Of a stretch of DNA of 64,000 bases, positions 1 to 12,676 are shown one piece after another. Position 1 is the first letter of the stretch; the number at the start of each line of letters is the position of its first letter. Made by a program: the position numbers and the translations under genes. The stretch comes from Balanoglossus misakiensis (Eukaryota > Animalia > Hemichordata). A model generated the notes under the pieces. It did no database searches. It worked only from the letters and a program-made list of their open reading frames with translations, and was not told the origin of the DNA. The stretch covers positions 8,476,317-8,540,316 of the forward strand of contig CM082595.2 of assembly GCA_040954595.2 (NCBI GenBank), written 5' to 3'.

Positions 1-1
1 T

Positions 2-442
2 TTGCCTAAACACATATGTGAAATTTATGAGAAATTTAACATGGGTCTGGGTCTGAATACAATGGAGGGGAGAGAGGCAAAACACCAACGCCTTCTCGAG
101 TACAGCCACAATTCTACACCCCAGAATAGATGGCGTCTTATATTTAGACATGAATATGTATTGCTGTACTGGCTTCGAATGCAAGATCCTTATTTAGATA
201 ATTATCGTGGTCAGGGAGATAGCGAGTGTAAATCTTGTGTTAAATATATCCCTGACAAATATTATAATGACCCTTCCCTCTGTTTCTGTGGGAATGAGAA
301 ACAGACTAACACACAGTCCTGCCAAATGTGTACAAGTGATTTTATGGCAGAAATAAAAAAATCTGCCATCAGTGGTAAGATTACAAATATGCTAAAAAAA
401 AATGAAGTAAAGGTGTGTTCCTGCTTGAAACTCTGTATGTGA
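2..442 (+). CDS. C-terminal part of a RAG1/Transib-related DDE transposase (5' part outside window)
   Basis: GLGLNTMEGREAKH resembles the RAG1/Transib catalytic-Glu motif (GSIGAWASEGNESGN); followed by WRLIFRHE and a Cys-rich tail (CFCG..CQMC). Frame is open from the window edge. Confidence 0.6.
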   Translation: MPKHICEIYEKFNMGLGLNTMEGREAKHQRLLEYSHNSTPQNRWRLIFRHEYVLLYWLRMQDPYLDNYRGQGDSECKSCVKYIPDKYYNDPSLCFCGNEKQTNTQSCQMCTSDFMAEIKKSAISGKITNMLKKNEVKVCSCLKLCM

Positions 443-985
443 TTGTTGTAAATATGGACTTGTGACTTTTATAATACATCATGTATGATGTAATATGCTG
501 AAAGTAATGTGTTAAGCAGTTGCCTGAATCAGCTTTGTTGTTTTGGCAAATACCTTTGTCACTTCTATGTCTATGACTTCAGAATGAGAATTAGAAATGA
601 TATGAAAATAATAAAGTATAGAAATATGTTGAAATAAATATCAAGTGTTTCCTATATACAGCTATGTAATTATTTTCATGATTTTTTACCATGTAGGTGT
701 TCAACGAATGAAATATGGTATACTTTGTTTCTTATACACATGCCTTTTATGTATATATAGCAAGATATTAACATTATGATAATCAATGAAATAAAGACAT
801 CAGAATGAATCAAATGCACTGTTTCTTTATTTGTGTGTGAATTTTGGAATGCATACATAAAAAAAAATTAAATTATGAAATTCAATGCACCTGGGGAATA
901 ATTCTGAAATAAATAAGAAATTAAATTCAATAAGTGCAGGAAATGTCAAGTCCCAACAGCAACAGTTAACACCAGGTAAGTTCCA

Positions 986-1599
986 TCATAGGTGTTGTGG
1001 CACACCATGCTTATTCCAGCATCCGTAGTGGAAGTGTATAGTTGTTGTTTCCATGGACTTCCTATACCTGATAATTAGGGGCTTCTCATCTGTACACACC
1101 ACTGCAACCCTTTGACCCCTGCATTCCTTGAATAAAAGCTGCTGGTTGTCATAGCGATCTCCTTTGCCTAACACATAGTTGACCTTGTTGATCCAAGTGA
1201 ACCTCAGGGTTACCGTACCAGGGGTCTCCTTCTCATCTATACCCATCGAATTACGCGCAGCATACAGCTGAATGATATTAAAAACTTCACTAGGAATGTT
1301 CCTACTAAAGCTGCCTTTCCAGGGATTTCGAAGGGAACTCGATGGTTTCATCTTCTGCTTCAAGATTGACCGCCAATGTGCCATCTCACGCTCAAACATA
1401 GGATAAAGGGGTATCTGCATAAACCTCGTTTTATCTGGTGTGTCATGCTTCTTGGCAGCAACATCAACGGCAGCGTCAAGGTCATAAAAAAACTATGCAA
1501 ATTGATGTTACCGAAGGTTTTCCTCCGTAATAGTTGAAACTTGGCCTGGCGTAGCTTTTGTTTTACGACCTTGGTTGTTTTGATCATGGGCGCCGCCAT
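986..1599 (-). CDS. ~200-aa basic protein of unknown function, convergent with the transposase; one frameshift
   Basis: ORFs 1360-1599 and 986-1420 join into one frame (..NLHSFFYDLDAAV..TRFMQIPLYP..GVPQHL*) if the A7 run at 1486-1492 is A8. Start context aagATGGCGG. Confidence 0.55.
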
Positions 1600-1705
1600 C
1601 TTGTATACCGGTTGCTAACAGGATGACCTCATCGGTGACCTCTATTTTACATATAAATGCTTCGCGGAATACTACTCAAAATCGGTACGCTCGTGGACCG
1701 CAGTG

Positions 1706-1810
1706 TCGCCTGCGGCTCGGGCATCATCAATATTATAGTCAGAGATCACCATCCCTCGTGCAGGCTTCAAATCGTGATATTGCCCTCGCTATCATGTGTT
1801 ATTATTTAAA
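1706..1810. mobile_element. Half of a hairpin-type non-autonomous element (Crypton-like, tentative)
   Basis: Starts TCGCCTGCGGCTCG, the same hairpin-centre motif as at ~58764-58778; ends ..TGTTATTATTTAAATA. Confidence 0.4.
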
Positions 1811-1824
1811 TACCAATGGGACCT
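1810..1824 (-). mobile_element. 5' tip of HINE family C (minus strand)
   Basis: ATACCAATGGGACCT is the reverse complement of the AGGTCCCATTGGTAT start seen at 11134, 15403 etc.; it sits next to a satellite A-run. Confidence 0.6.
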
Positions 1825-2190
1825 AAAAATTGTCATTTTGAGATGATGTTCATCAGCTATGACCAATGATTTTTTTCAAAAAATTGAAGAAATTTTGAAC
1901 TTTCGCAAAGTCGAAAAATTGTCATTTTTGGATGATTTGCATGAGCTATAACGCATGATTTTGTTCTTCAAAAATGTGAAGAAATATTGAACTTTCGCAA
2001 TGTGGAAAAATTGTAATAATGCTATAACCCATGATTTTTTTCCAAAAAACGAAAAAAATTTTAACTTTCGCGAAGTCGAAAAATTGTAATTTGTTGATGG
2101 TTTTCATGAGCTGTAACCCATGACTTTTTTTTAAAAAATGAAGAAATTTTGAACTTTCGCAAAGTCGAAAAATTGTTATTTTTGGATGAT

Positions 2191-3210
2191 TTTCATTTCA
2201 TTTCATTTCATTTCATAGTTTATTCGCTAATGTATGTTTGAAAATAAAATACACCAGAAATCTCATTGGCTCGAACTCTAACAATATTAAGACATTTGCA
2301 ATGTAAAAACAGGGTCAACGACACCGATAAAATACAAACACTCACTATAAAAAGTTACGAGTATCTGGCTAAAAGGTCCATCCCATTCAATTGACGGACT
2401 GCTGATGGATAAAAACTTTTCCTATGACGTTCTGATTTTGTTGCAATTGAGCGGTAACGCTTGCCTGATTGCAAAAGTGAAAACTGATGAAAGGCAGGAT
2501 GAGAAGAATCGGAGAGTATAGACTTTGTTTTCTTGTGCATCCTAGATCTGTATAGGTCATCTAATTGAGGCAGGTTTACACCAATAATGCGCTCAGCAGA
2601 ACGTATTACTCTGTTTAATAGACGGCGGTCTCCAACAGTTGAGCTCCCGTACCAGACAGCAATGGAGACTGTCAACACACCCTCGACAACTGCCCGATAA
2701 AATTTTATCAGGAGATCCCTGCTAAGACCGAAGCCCGCCAGCCCTCGTAGAAAGAACAATCGTAGCTGAGCTTTCTGAACACAATGCTCGACGTGCGCCT
2801 GCCAGGTTAAATCACTAGAGATGTAGATGCCAAGGAATTAAAAGGTGTCAACTATCTCGACATCTGTACCATTGATAGACAAAGGTGTGAGGGGGGTCTT
2901 ATTCCTCCGAAAATCGATAATGATCTCTTTTGTCTTGCTAACATTTAATTCTAAGTTATTGGCAGCACACCACATCACCAATTCATCAACCTGGCGGCGA
3001 TAATTGATCTCATTTTCGTCAATCAGCCCAGCAACAGTTGTATCATCTGCAAATTTAATAGTGAGTGAGTTTTCAAACCACGATATGCAATCCGAAGTCA
3101 TTAGAGAATAAAGCAATGGAAACAGGGCACAACATTGTGGTGCACCTGTATTCAAAACCAGTGTTTTAGAATATCGTGAACCTATTGTGACCATCTGTGG
3201 TCGGCCTTAA
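2191..3210 (-). mobile_element. 5'-truncated non-LTR retrotransposon (Rex1/Babar-type, L2/CR1 group), RT pseudogene
   Basis: RT motifs TGAPQ, KFADDTT, LNVSKTKE, then a premature stop, FLGIYIS..FFLR..WYGS..SHP..KSFYP; (TGAAA)5 3' tail at 2191-2215. Confidence 0.9.
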
Positions 3211-3877
3211 GAAAATCATCCAAAAATAACCCATGACTTTTTTTTCCAAAAATGTGAAGAGACGTTGAACTTTCGCAAAGTCGAAATATTGTCATTTTGG
3301 ACGATTTTCATGACTCATGATTTTTTTTCAAAAAAGTGAAGAAATTTTGAACTTTCGCAAAGTCTAAAAATAGTCTTTTTTGGACGATTTTCATGAGCTA
3401 TAACCCATGATTTTTTCTTCAAAAATGTGAAGAAAATTTGAACTTTCGCAAAGTCTAAAAATAGTCATTTTTGGACTATTTTCAGGACCTATAACCCATG
3501 ATTTTCTTCAGAAAATGATGAAATTTTGAAATTTCGCAAAGTCGAAAAATTGTCATTTTTGCATAATGTTCATGAGCTATAACCCATGATTTTTTTCTTT
3601 TGAAATTTCGCAAAGTAACTCATGATTATTTCAAAAAATGAAGAAATTTTGAACTTTCGCAAAGACGAAAAATTGTCATTTTTAAATGATTTTCATGAGC
3701 TATAACGCATGATTTTATTCTTCAAAAATGTGAAAAAAGTTTGAACTTTCGCAAAGTCGAAAAATACACATTTTTGGACAATTTTCATGAGCTGTAGCCC
3801 AAGAAAATTCGAACTTTCCCAAAGTCGATTTTTTTTTATTTTTGGATGATTTTCAAGAGCTCAAACCCATGATTTTT

Positions 3878-3931
3878 AGCTCACGTGAAAATCACGTGAG
3901 CTTATGGTTTAGCGATGTCTGTGTGTGTGTA

Positions 3932-3962
<31 letters not shown>

Positions 3963-6227
3963 CTGTCTGTATACCCGATATCTCAAGAACCGCTGAACCG
4001 ATTTCCACCAAATTTAGTACACAGGTTCAGATATCATATGGCAAGAACTGAAAAGGTTTTGGTGGGTGTGGCTTTGATATTAATGAAGTTATTTAAGTTT
4101 TAATTTTTCTATTACATGGTTGTCTATGTGAGCTTTCGTTAATGCCGCATATATGACCAGTGGAAACGATAGTTTGAGGAGATCGACTGTTTGAGGGCGC
4201 TGTGAAATGAGACATTCCTGGCGATATTACCATGGTTCTGTCCATGCTCAGACGCTGTACCCGTCGTTACGAATAACTTCCCTACGTGAATCCACAAGGA
4301 AGCTAACGTTGTTTAGTTGCTTCATAGAGCGTAAATTGTTAATCTACAGGACCGTCAGACGAATACTCTTTTCAAATGAAGTTTGAAACTACTTACGAGT
4401 AAGTTAGTGGAGACAATATGGCGGATAGTTGGCGTGCAGCCGAATCCGCGTTATGACTATGACGTGACCCATTCATCAAGACAAACCGTAAATGATTCAC
4501 GCATATTGTGGTCCTCACGCAGTCAATCTCAAAATGTCACCAGGCTTTCTATTTGTCTATTGTTCAGAGAAAAATAACGTGGCGGTTGATCACACTCAAC
4601 AGTACAATCCGTTTTGTGAATTTATAGACAGTCTGTTATCGCCAATACTATATAGCGATTGCTAGATGGCCTACCCAATATGTGATCGAGCGAGAATGAT
4701 AACATTGAATGTCTGTTCAGATCTCATTCCGTACGTCATACGTCAAGATTTCGATTTCGATTTAATCCATTCATAAAGAATTTAGAGAAAGTCGTCTTGA
4801 ATTGTGACCCTGATTATCAATTTTACGATGATTTTTTGGCGACGGAATACACGAGACGCCATTGCATAACTACGTCAGCTGGACTTCCAAGGTTACCATT
4901 TTGTGTGTATGGAATCTTATCACAGAGACTACGTACTTTGACAATATGCCATGCTATATCAATGACGCCCCAGAAAATTTGTCGAAGAATGAATTTGTCT
5001 TCTCATGGTGGTGCAATATATTTTAATGTCTATTTTGAGGTTGATTTTGGTTTTTGGCTAACATGTATATCAATGTCAGCTTATAGCATAAGTTGGTGTC
5101 CGTCGTCTATGTATGTCTGTATGTGTGCCTCATACAGAATTATGTATTTTGCGAATGGATCAGTTTCGTCTAAATGTATTGATGTATATGTGTATGTCCA
5201 TCAACATCAAAAACTTGAAACTACTGATATTTAGTGTGTACATAGAAATTGTTTTTGCGAAAAAATGGATACTGGTATTAACTGGAAAAATGTTCAAATA
5301 GTCAAAATTGAAAAACTTAATAACAGCGGATCAGATTCAGTTAAAAATTGGCGTGCATTGGTGTGCAAGTACTATGGGAAGACCTCGTATGATTTTGTTC
5401 AGGTGGAGTCAGTATCTGGCGTTTGCTATTTTTCATGAATTTTTGGGGGAATTTTCTGCAGTTTTGTTAAACAAATTTCTTCTCTGAAATTACATGTCCA
5501 ATTGATGGGAAACTTGATATGGAGGTTCATAGGGCTTACCTGAATCACATTTGTGCAAACGGTGGTGAAATTTGCAAAAATGCATTTTTGGGCAATATTT
5601 CCTGTTTTTGTCAAAAAATCAAATCCCGTGAAACTGTAAGTGCAATTGTTTTGATACTTTGTATTTGGGTTTCTAGGGGTGATCTCAGTCAGATATGATC
5701 AAATTGTAAAGAAATGTGCATAATTGTATTTTTTGAGAATTCTGCAGGGTTTGGCAAAATAGTCTTCAGTAAAACCACAAGTCCAATTGATTGGAAACTT
5801 TGAATGGGAATTCATATATGTGATATCAGTCAGATTTGTCTGAGTTACCTGTTGTTTGCCAAAATGTCTTCCTTATTGAAACTTGTTAAAGAGGTTCTTA
5901 GGCATGAACAGAAATCAGATTTGTTGAAATCTGGTGAAATATTCATACTTTTTGGTATATTTCTTGCCATTTTTGATCAACGAGTTTTAGAATTCCATAG
6001 ACTTATCTTTTTATGCAGTTCAGGATGGGGTACATGACTCATAACCCCTTACAAAAATTGACAAGGCAACAATTCCACAAACATGTTTACATTTCACAAT
6101 GGTGCAACACACAACCCTTACACCATATACACTATAAACCAAATTGGTTTAACACTGGTTTTTCTAATCTTGTTATTCTGTCAACTTATCACAGTACTGC
6201 ACGTGAGCATATTCAGTTAATATCTGG
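3878..6227 (+). mobile_element. Helentron-associated non-autonomous element (HINE/DINE-1-like), family A
   Basis: 5' hairpin AGCTCACGTG..CACGTGAGCT, (GT)n microsatellite, CCGATTTCCACCAAATTT core, subterminal CACGTGAGC at ~6200. Inserted in a T-run with no TSD; the empty site is seen at ~8782-8810. Confidence 0.8.
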
Positions 6228-6993
6228 TTTTCCCAATAATGTGAAGAGATGTTGAACTTTCGCAAAGTCTAAAAGTAGTCATTTTTGGACGATTTTCAGG
6301 ACCTATAACCCATTATTTTCTTCAAAAAATGAAGAAATTTTGAACTTTCGCAAAGACGAAAAATTTTTGATTGATTTTCATGAGCTATAACGCATGATTT
6401 TTTTCTTCAAAAAAGTGAAGAAATTTTGAACTTTCGCAAAGTCTAAAAATAGTCTTTTTTGGACGATTTTCATGAGCTATAACTCATGATTTTTTTTTCA
6501 AAAAAGTGAAGAAATTTAGAAATTTCGCAAAGTCGAAAAATCGTCATTTTTGGATGATGTTCATGAGCTATAACCCATGATTTTTTTCTTCAAAAATGTG
6601 AAGCAAATTAGAACTTTCGCAATGTGTGGAAAAATAGTCATTTTTGGACGATTTTCAGGACCTATAACCCATGATTTTCTTCAGAAAATGAAGAAATTTT
6701 GAACTTTCGCAAAGACAAAAAAATGTCATTTTTGGATGATTTTCATGAGCTATAACCCATGATTTTTTTCAAAAAGTGAAGAAATTTTGAAATTTCGCAA
6801 AGTCGAAAAATTGTCATTTTTGGACGATTTTCATGACCTATAACCCATAATTTTTTTCTTAAAAAATGTGAAGAAATTTTGAACTTTCGCAAAGTCGAAA
6901 AATTGTCATTTTTGGACGATTTTCATGACCTATAACCCATGATTTTTTTCAAGAAAACGAAGAAATTTCGAACTTTCAGAAAAGTCGATTTTT

Positions 6994-8751
6994 AGCTCGG
7001 CTGTCACTTGTGTCAGCTGAGCTGTAGCAGTAGGTTGATTAGTGTCCGTCCATCGTCCGTCGTCTGTCGTCCGTCGTCTGTCGTCCATCAACTTTTGGTA
7101 TTTCAATCTTCTTCTTTAAAACAACTTGGCATATTTAGCTGAAATTTGGTTGGAATGTGTGTTATGGTGCCCTTCACTGATTTTGTTAATTTGGACTTGG
7201 TGGGGTCATGAATATGCAAATTAGATCTAAAAATAGAATTTTTGGTAAAAATCTTCTTCTCCACAACTACATGTACAATGGAGCTGAAATTTTGTAGGAA
7301 TGTGTGTTATGGGGCCCCTACCTGATTTTGTAAATTTGGATTTGATTGGGTCATTAATATGCAAATTAGATCTAAAAATAGAATTTTTGGTAAAAAATAT
7401 TTTTCTCCATAACTACATGTACGATAGAGCTGAAATTTGGTAGGAATGTGTGTTATGGTGTCCCTACCTGATTTTGTTAATTTGGATTTGATGGGGTCAT
7501 CAATATGCAAATTAGATCTAAAAATAGAATTTTATGGGGTCAAAAAAATTTGCCCAAATTTTTGGTGACCTCAGATGACCTTTGACCTACTTTCCTATAT
7601 CTCGGCATACAGAGCAGGTACAGACTTGGCGTTTTGAGGGTTGGGGCTAAAATTTAAAAGCCGAAATGGGGGTCACCTGTGACACCTGCATATCTCATTT
7701 ATTATGCACATACCTAATTCTAGGCTAACCAATAGGGCTATAGGTTTTGTTTTTGTTGAACATGGACAAGTATGGGGTCAAAATTTCTTGCCCAAATTTT
7801 TGGTGACCTTAGGTGACCTTTGACCTACTTTACCATATCTCTGTATCCAGAGCAGGTACAGCCTTGGTATTTAGAAGGATGGAACTCCTAATGGAGTCTT
7901 ACACTTTACCTCATTAATTATGTGCATACCTAATTCTAGGCGAACCAATAAGGCTAGAGGTCTGGTTTTTGTTGGACCTGGATTAGTAAGGGTCAAAATT
8001 TCTTGCCCAAATTTTGGGTGACCTTAGGTGACCTTTGACCTACTTTACCATATCTTGGTATCCAGAGCAGGTACAGCCTTGGTATTTGGAGGGATGGAAC
8101 TCCTAATGGAGTCTTACACTTTACCTCATTAATTATGTGCATACCTAATTCTAGGCGAACCAATAAGGCTAGAGGTCTGGTTTTTGTTGGACCTGGATAA
8201 GTATAGGGTCAAAATTTCTTGCCCAAATTTTGGTGACCTTTGACATTCTTCTGCATAACTCGGCACCCAGAGTAGGTACAGTACGGATGGGACCAAAATA
8301 AGAAACCAAATTTAAAGGTCACCTGTGACACCTACTTAACTCATTAATTATGAGCATACCTAATTCCAGGCTAACTAATAGGGGTTGAGGTTTCGTTCTT
8401 GTGGGACATGGACCAGTATAGGGTCAAAATTATTACCCAAATTTCTGGTGACCTCACATGACCTTTGATGTAAATATGACGGAAATGCGAAATACTACAT
8501 AAATTAAAAGTCTGCTGACTTTATATTTGGTAAGAATAAGCACACACCTGTAATGATTACCGCTATGTGCTATGTGCAATGTTGGCTTGTGCCCGCTATT
8601 GCTGCTTGGCAGCTATATTGATGTCTATGTTTGGTTTTGTTTAATAGAATACAATTGTTATAAATTAAAACCTATGGTATTCTGTATTCATATCATTGCC
8701 CAGGTTACACTGTTAAAGTCAGCAGAGCTCTTTTGACCAATAGGTCACTTG
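6994..8751 (+). mobile_element. HINE family B with internal tandem repeats
   Basis: TTTT|AGCTCGGCTG..CAGCTGAGCT hairpin, (CGTC)n microsatellite, internal GACCTTTGACC repeats, subterminal CAGCAGAGCT and TGACC..GGTCA hairpin. T-run target; empty site at ~3821-3870. Confidence 0.8.
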
Positions 8752-11133
8752 TTTTTATTTTTGGATGATTTTCAAGAGCTCAAACCCATGATTTTTTTCC
8801 CAATAATGTGAAGAGATGTTGAACTTTCGCAAAGTCTAAAAATAATCATTTTTGGACGATTTTCAGGACCTATAACCAATGACTTTTTTCAAAAATGTGA
8901 AGAAAATTTGATCTTTCGCAATGTGGAAAAATTGTTATTTTTGGATGATTTCATTAGCTATAACCCATGATTTTTTTCAAAAAAGGGAAGAAATTTTGAA
9001 CTTTCGCAAAGTCGAATAAATTTTATTTTTGGACGATTTTCATGAGCTGTAACTCATGATTTGTTTCAAAAAATGAAGAAATTTTGAACTTTTGCAATGT
9101 GGAAAAATTGTATTTTTTTGATGATTTTCATAAGCTATAACGCATGATTTTTTTCAAAAATGTGAAGAAATTTTGAAATTTCGCTTAGTCGAAAAATTGT
9201 CATTTTTGGACGATTTTCATGAGCTGTAACTCATGATTTTTTTCAAAAAATGAAGAAATTTTGAACTTTCGCAATGTGTAAAAATTGTATCTTTTGATGA
9301 TTTTCATAAGCTATAACCCATGATTTTTTTCAAAAAGTGAAGAAATTTTGAAATTTCGCAAAGTCTAAAAATAGTCATTTTTGAACGATTTTCTGGACCT
9401 ATAACCCATTATTTTCTTCAAAAAATGAAGAAATTTTGAAATTTCGCAAAGTCGAAAAAATTGTTATGTTTGGGTGATTTTCATGACCCATGATTTTTTT
9501 CAAAAAATGAAGAAATTTTGAACTTTCGCAATGTGGAAAAATTGTCATTTTTGGATGATTTTCATTAGCTATAACCCATGATTTTTTTCAAAAAAGGGAA
9601 GAAATTTTGAACTTTCGCAAAGTCGAAAAATTTTTATTTTTGGACGATTTTCATGATTTTTTTCAAAAAATTAAGAAATTTTGAAATTTCGCAAAGTTGA
9701 AAAATTGTATTTTTGAGATGATTTTCATAAGCTATAACGCATGATTTTTTTCAAAAATGTGAAGAAATTTTCAAATTTCGCAAAGTCGAAAAATTGTCAT
9801 TTTTGGACGATTTTCATGAGCTGTAACTCATGATTTTTTTCAAAAAATGAAGAAATTTTGAACTTTCGCAGTGTGGAAAAATTGTATTTTTTTGATGATT
9901 TTCATAAGCTATAACGCATGATTTTTTTCACAAATGTGAAGAAATTTTGAAATTTTGCAAAGTCGAAAAATTGTCATTTTTGGACGATTTTCATGAGCTG
10001 TAACTCATGATTTTTTTCAAAAAATGAAGAAATTTTGAACTTTCGCAATGTGGAAACATTGTATTTTTTTGATGATTTTCATAAGCTATAACGCATGATT
10101 TTTTTCAAAAATGTGAAGAAATTTTGAAATTTCGCAAAGTCGAAAAATTGTCATTTTTGGACGATTTTCATGAGCTGTAACTCATGATTTTTTTCAAAAA
10201 ATGAAGAAATTTTGAACTTTCGCAATGAGGAAAAATTGTACCTTTTGATGATTTTCATAAGCTATAACCCATGATTTTTTTCAAAAAGTGAAGAAATTTT
10301 GAAATTTCGCAATGTCGAAAAAATTGTTATGTTTGGGTGATTTTCATGACCCATGATTTTTTTCAAAAAATGAAGAAATTTTGAACTTTCGCAATGTGGA
10401 AAAATTGTCATTTTTGGATGATTTTCATGAGCTATAACGAATGATTTTTTTCTTCAAAAATGTGAAAAAATGTTGAACGTTCGCAATGTTGAAAAATTGT
10501 CATTTTGGGATGATGTTCATGGGCTATAACCCTTGATTTTTTTTCTTCAAAAATGTAAAGAAAATTTGAACTTTCGCAATGTGGAAAAATTGTCATTTTT
10601 GGATGATTTTCATTAGCTATAACCCATGATTTTTTTTCAAAAAAGTGAAGAAATTTTGAACTTTCGCAAAGTCTAAAAATAGTCATTTTTGGACTATTTT
10701 CAGGACCTATAACCCATGATTTTCTTCAGAAAATGATGAAATTTTGAAATTTCGCATAGTCGAATTTTTTTTTATTTTAGGTGATATTAATGACCCATGA
10801 TTTTTTCAAAAAAGTGAAGAAATGTTGAAATTTCGCAAAGTCGAAAAATTGTCATTTTTGCATAATGTTCATGAGCTATAACCCATGATTTTTTTCTTTT
10901 GAAATTTCGCAAAGTAACTCATGATTTTTTCAAAAAATGAAGAAATTTTGAACTTTCGCAAAGACGAACAATTGTCATTTTTAAATGATTTTCATGAGCT
11001 ATAACGCATGATTTTTTTCTTCAAAAATGTGAAAAACGATTGAACTTTCGCAAAGTCGAAAAATACACATTTTTGGACAATTTTCATGAGCTGTAGCCCA
11101 AGAAATTTCGAACTTTCGCAAAGTCGATTTTTT

Positions 11134-12643
11134 AGGTCCCATTGGTATAGGCCTATATACCATGGGACCTTATGGGATGGGTTGCGTCTGTGTGTATGTA
11201 TGGATGGATGGATGTATGTATGGATGTATGTCTGTATGTCCGTCCACATCAAAAACTTAAAAACCGCTGCGCGTATCACCTCAATATGTGGTGTGTATGT
11301 GCAGGCAGGGCTGTAGATGGGAGTTTGTCCAAACGAAGTTGCCAGGCCCAAAAATATGCAAATTAGCTGGAAAAATGTGAAATTTATCAAAACTCTGTAA
11401 GTCAACAACTACTCGTCAGATTGCTTTAAAAATTGGTATGCATGCACCTTAGGCCAAAAAAAAAAGAGTTTTGTTTAGCGTCCTCGCGCGCGTCACTTTT
11501 AAACATGCGCGTCGAGGCTTTTTTTTCGTAATTTTCGAACCCGGAAATCAAGTTTGCCAGTGTTTTCTCCAGGACGCGCGATCGCGCGTTTCCCCCTCTT
11601 TTACACTTGAAGCGCCCCTTGTAACAATTTCAGGGGGCGACAATCGCCCCTTCGTGAGCAGCCCACCCGGCCAGTACTTGCGCGTCCAAGCCTCAATAGC
11701 ACGCACCGTCAGTCAAAACACTGGGAAAACGGCCGATATTACTGCGTGCTGGCCTATACATTTTAACTTCCCACCCCCCAAAACTATGTTGTATATGACT
11801 TTCACATTCATTTACGTGTAATTTAGCTCCAGGGCTATAGTGTGCAATTGTTGGAACAGCCTATCTGGATGCCGTCTAAATTTAGAGCACACACTCTGCA
11901 CTCGTACTCAAGTGAACTTGTTGTTATGGCGACTTTTGAAATTGGGTTGGCAGAACGTAACAATTTTATGCAAATTAAAGAAACTGCGTTCCTGCCATGG
12001 CGATTATCAAGAATGTATCAGTTTTCCATGACCTTGTTTTCTTACTTAGGAAGGAAAGTCATTCAATAAGTACACAGACTGTTTATTTGAGTAGTGTGCC
12101 TAGCCACAGATGGGGAAGTGTAGGCAGAAACTAATATTTTGGCAGCTATAAAACTGAAACTTTTAAAATCAAACAAGAAGTTTTTTTCTCAGGTATAGTA
12201 TTAAAGAAAGACACTTGTTTTTGCAGTTGCATTTATTTTATTCATTTCACTCTACTTGCCAGGGGAGCAGTTAATCAGTCACTCTCCTACCACTTGTGTA
12301 ATTAATTTCAGGAGAGTTATTTTTCAGCTCTCCAGCATTTTTTAAATTACATGCCCTGAAAGTTATGCAAGCTGGTGTCTTCCTCTGCAAAATCTACTAA
12401 TTTAAAGTAGAAAAAACTGTAACTGTTAATATGTTGTCAAGTTCACATGTAAAATGTTGTAATTTACTTATGCTTTTTTTAATATGGAATGAAGGCAGTT
12501 AGTAAGTTAACCTTCAAAATTGTCATTCCTTGATGTTTACCTAATTAACATAAATTATGCAAATCATGATTCCCCCCTACTTTGACCAAATCCCCCCTTA
12601 ATTTTGGACTATCAAAGAAATATTTGCTGTTCTTGTTTCGCAG

Positions 12644-12676
<33 letters not shown>

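Larger units (their letters stand above)
1..1705 (+). mobile_element. Right part of a Transib/Chapaev-like DNA transposon
   Basis: Ends ..GTGGACCGCAGTG at 1705 (inward CACTGCGGTCCA, a CAC-type terminus) and abuts the hairpin centre of another repeat. Confidence 0.55.

Noticed and set aside
986-1599. Partner gene as RAG2-like
   Set aside because: Too short, with no Kelch GG repeats or PHD Cys/His pattern.
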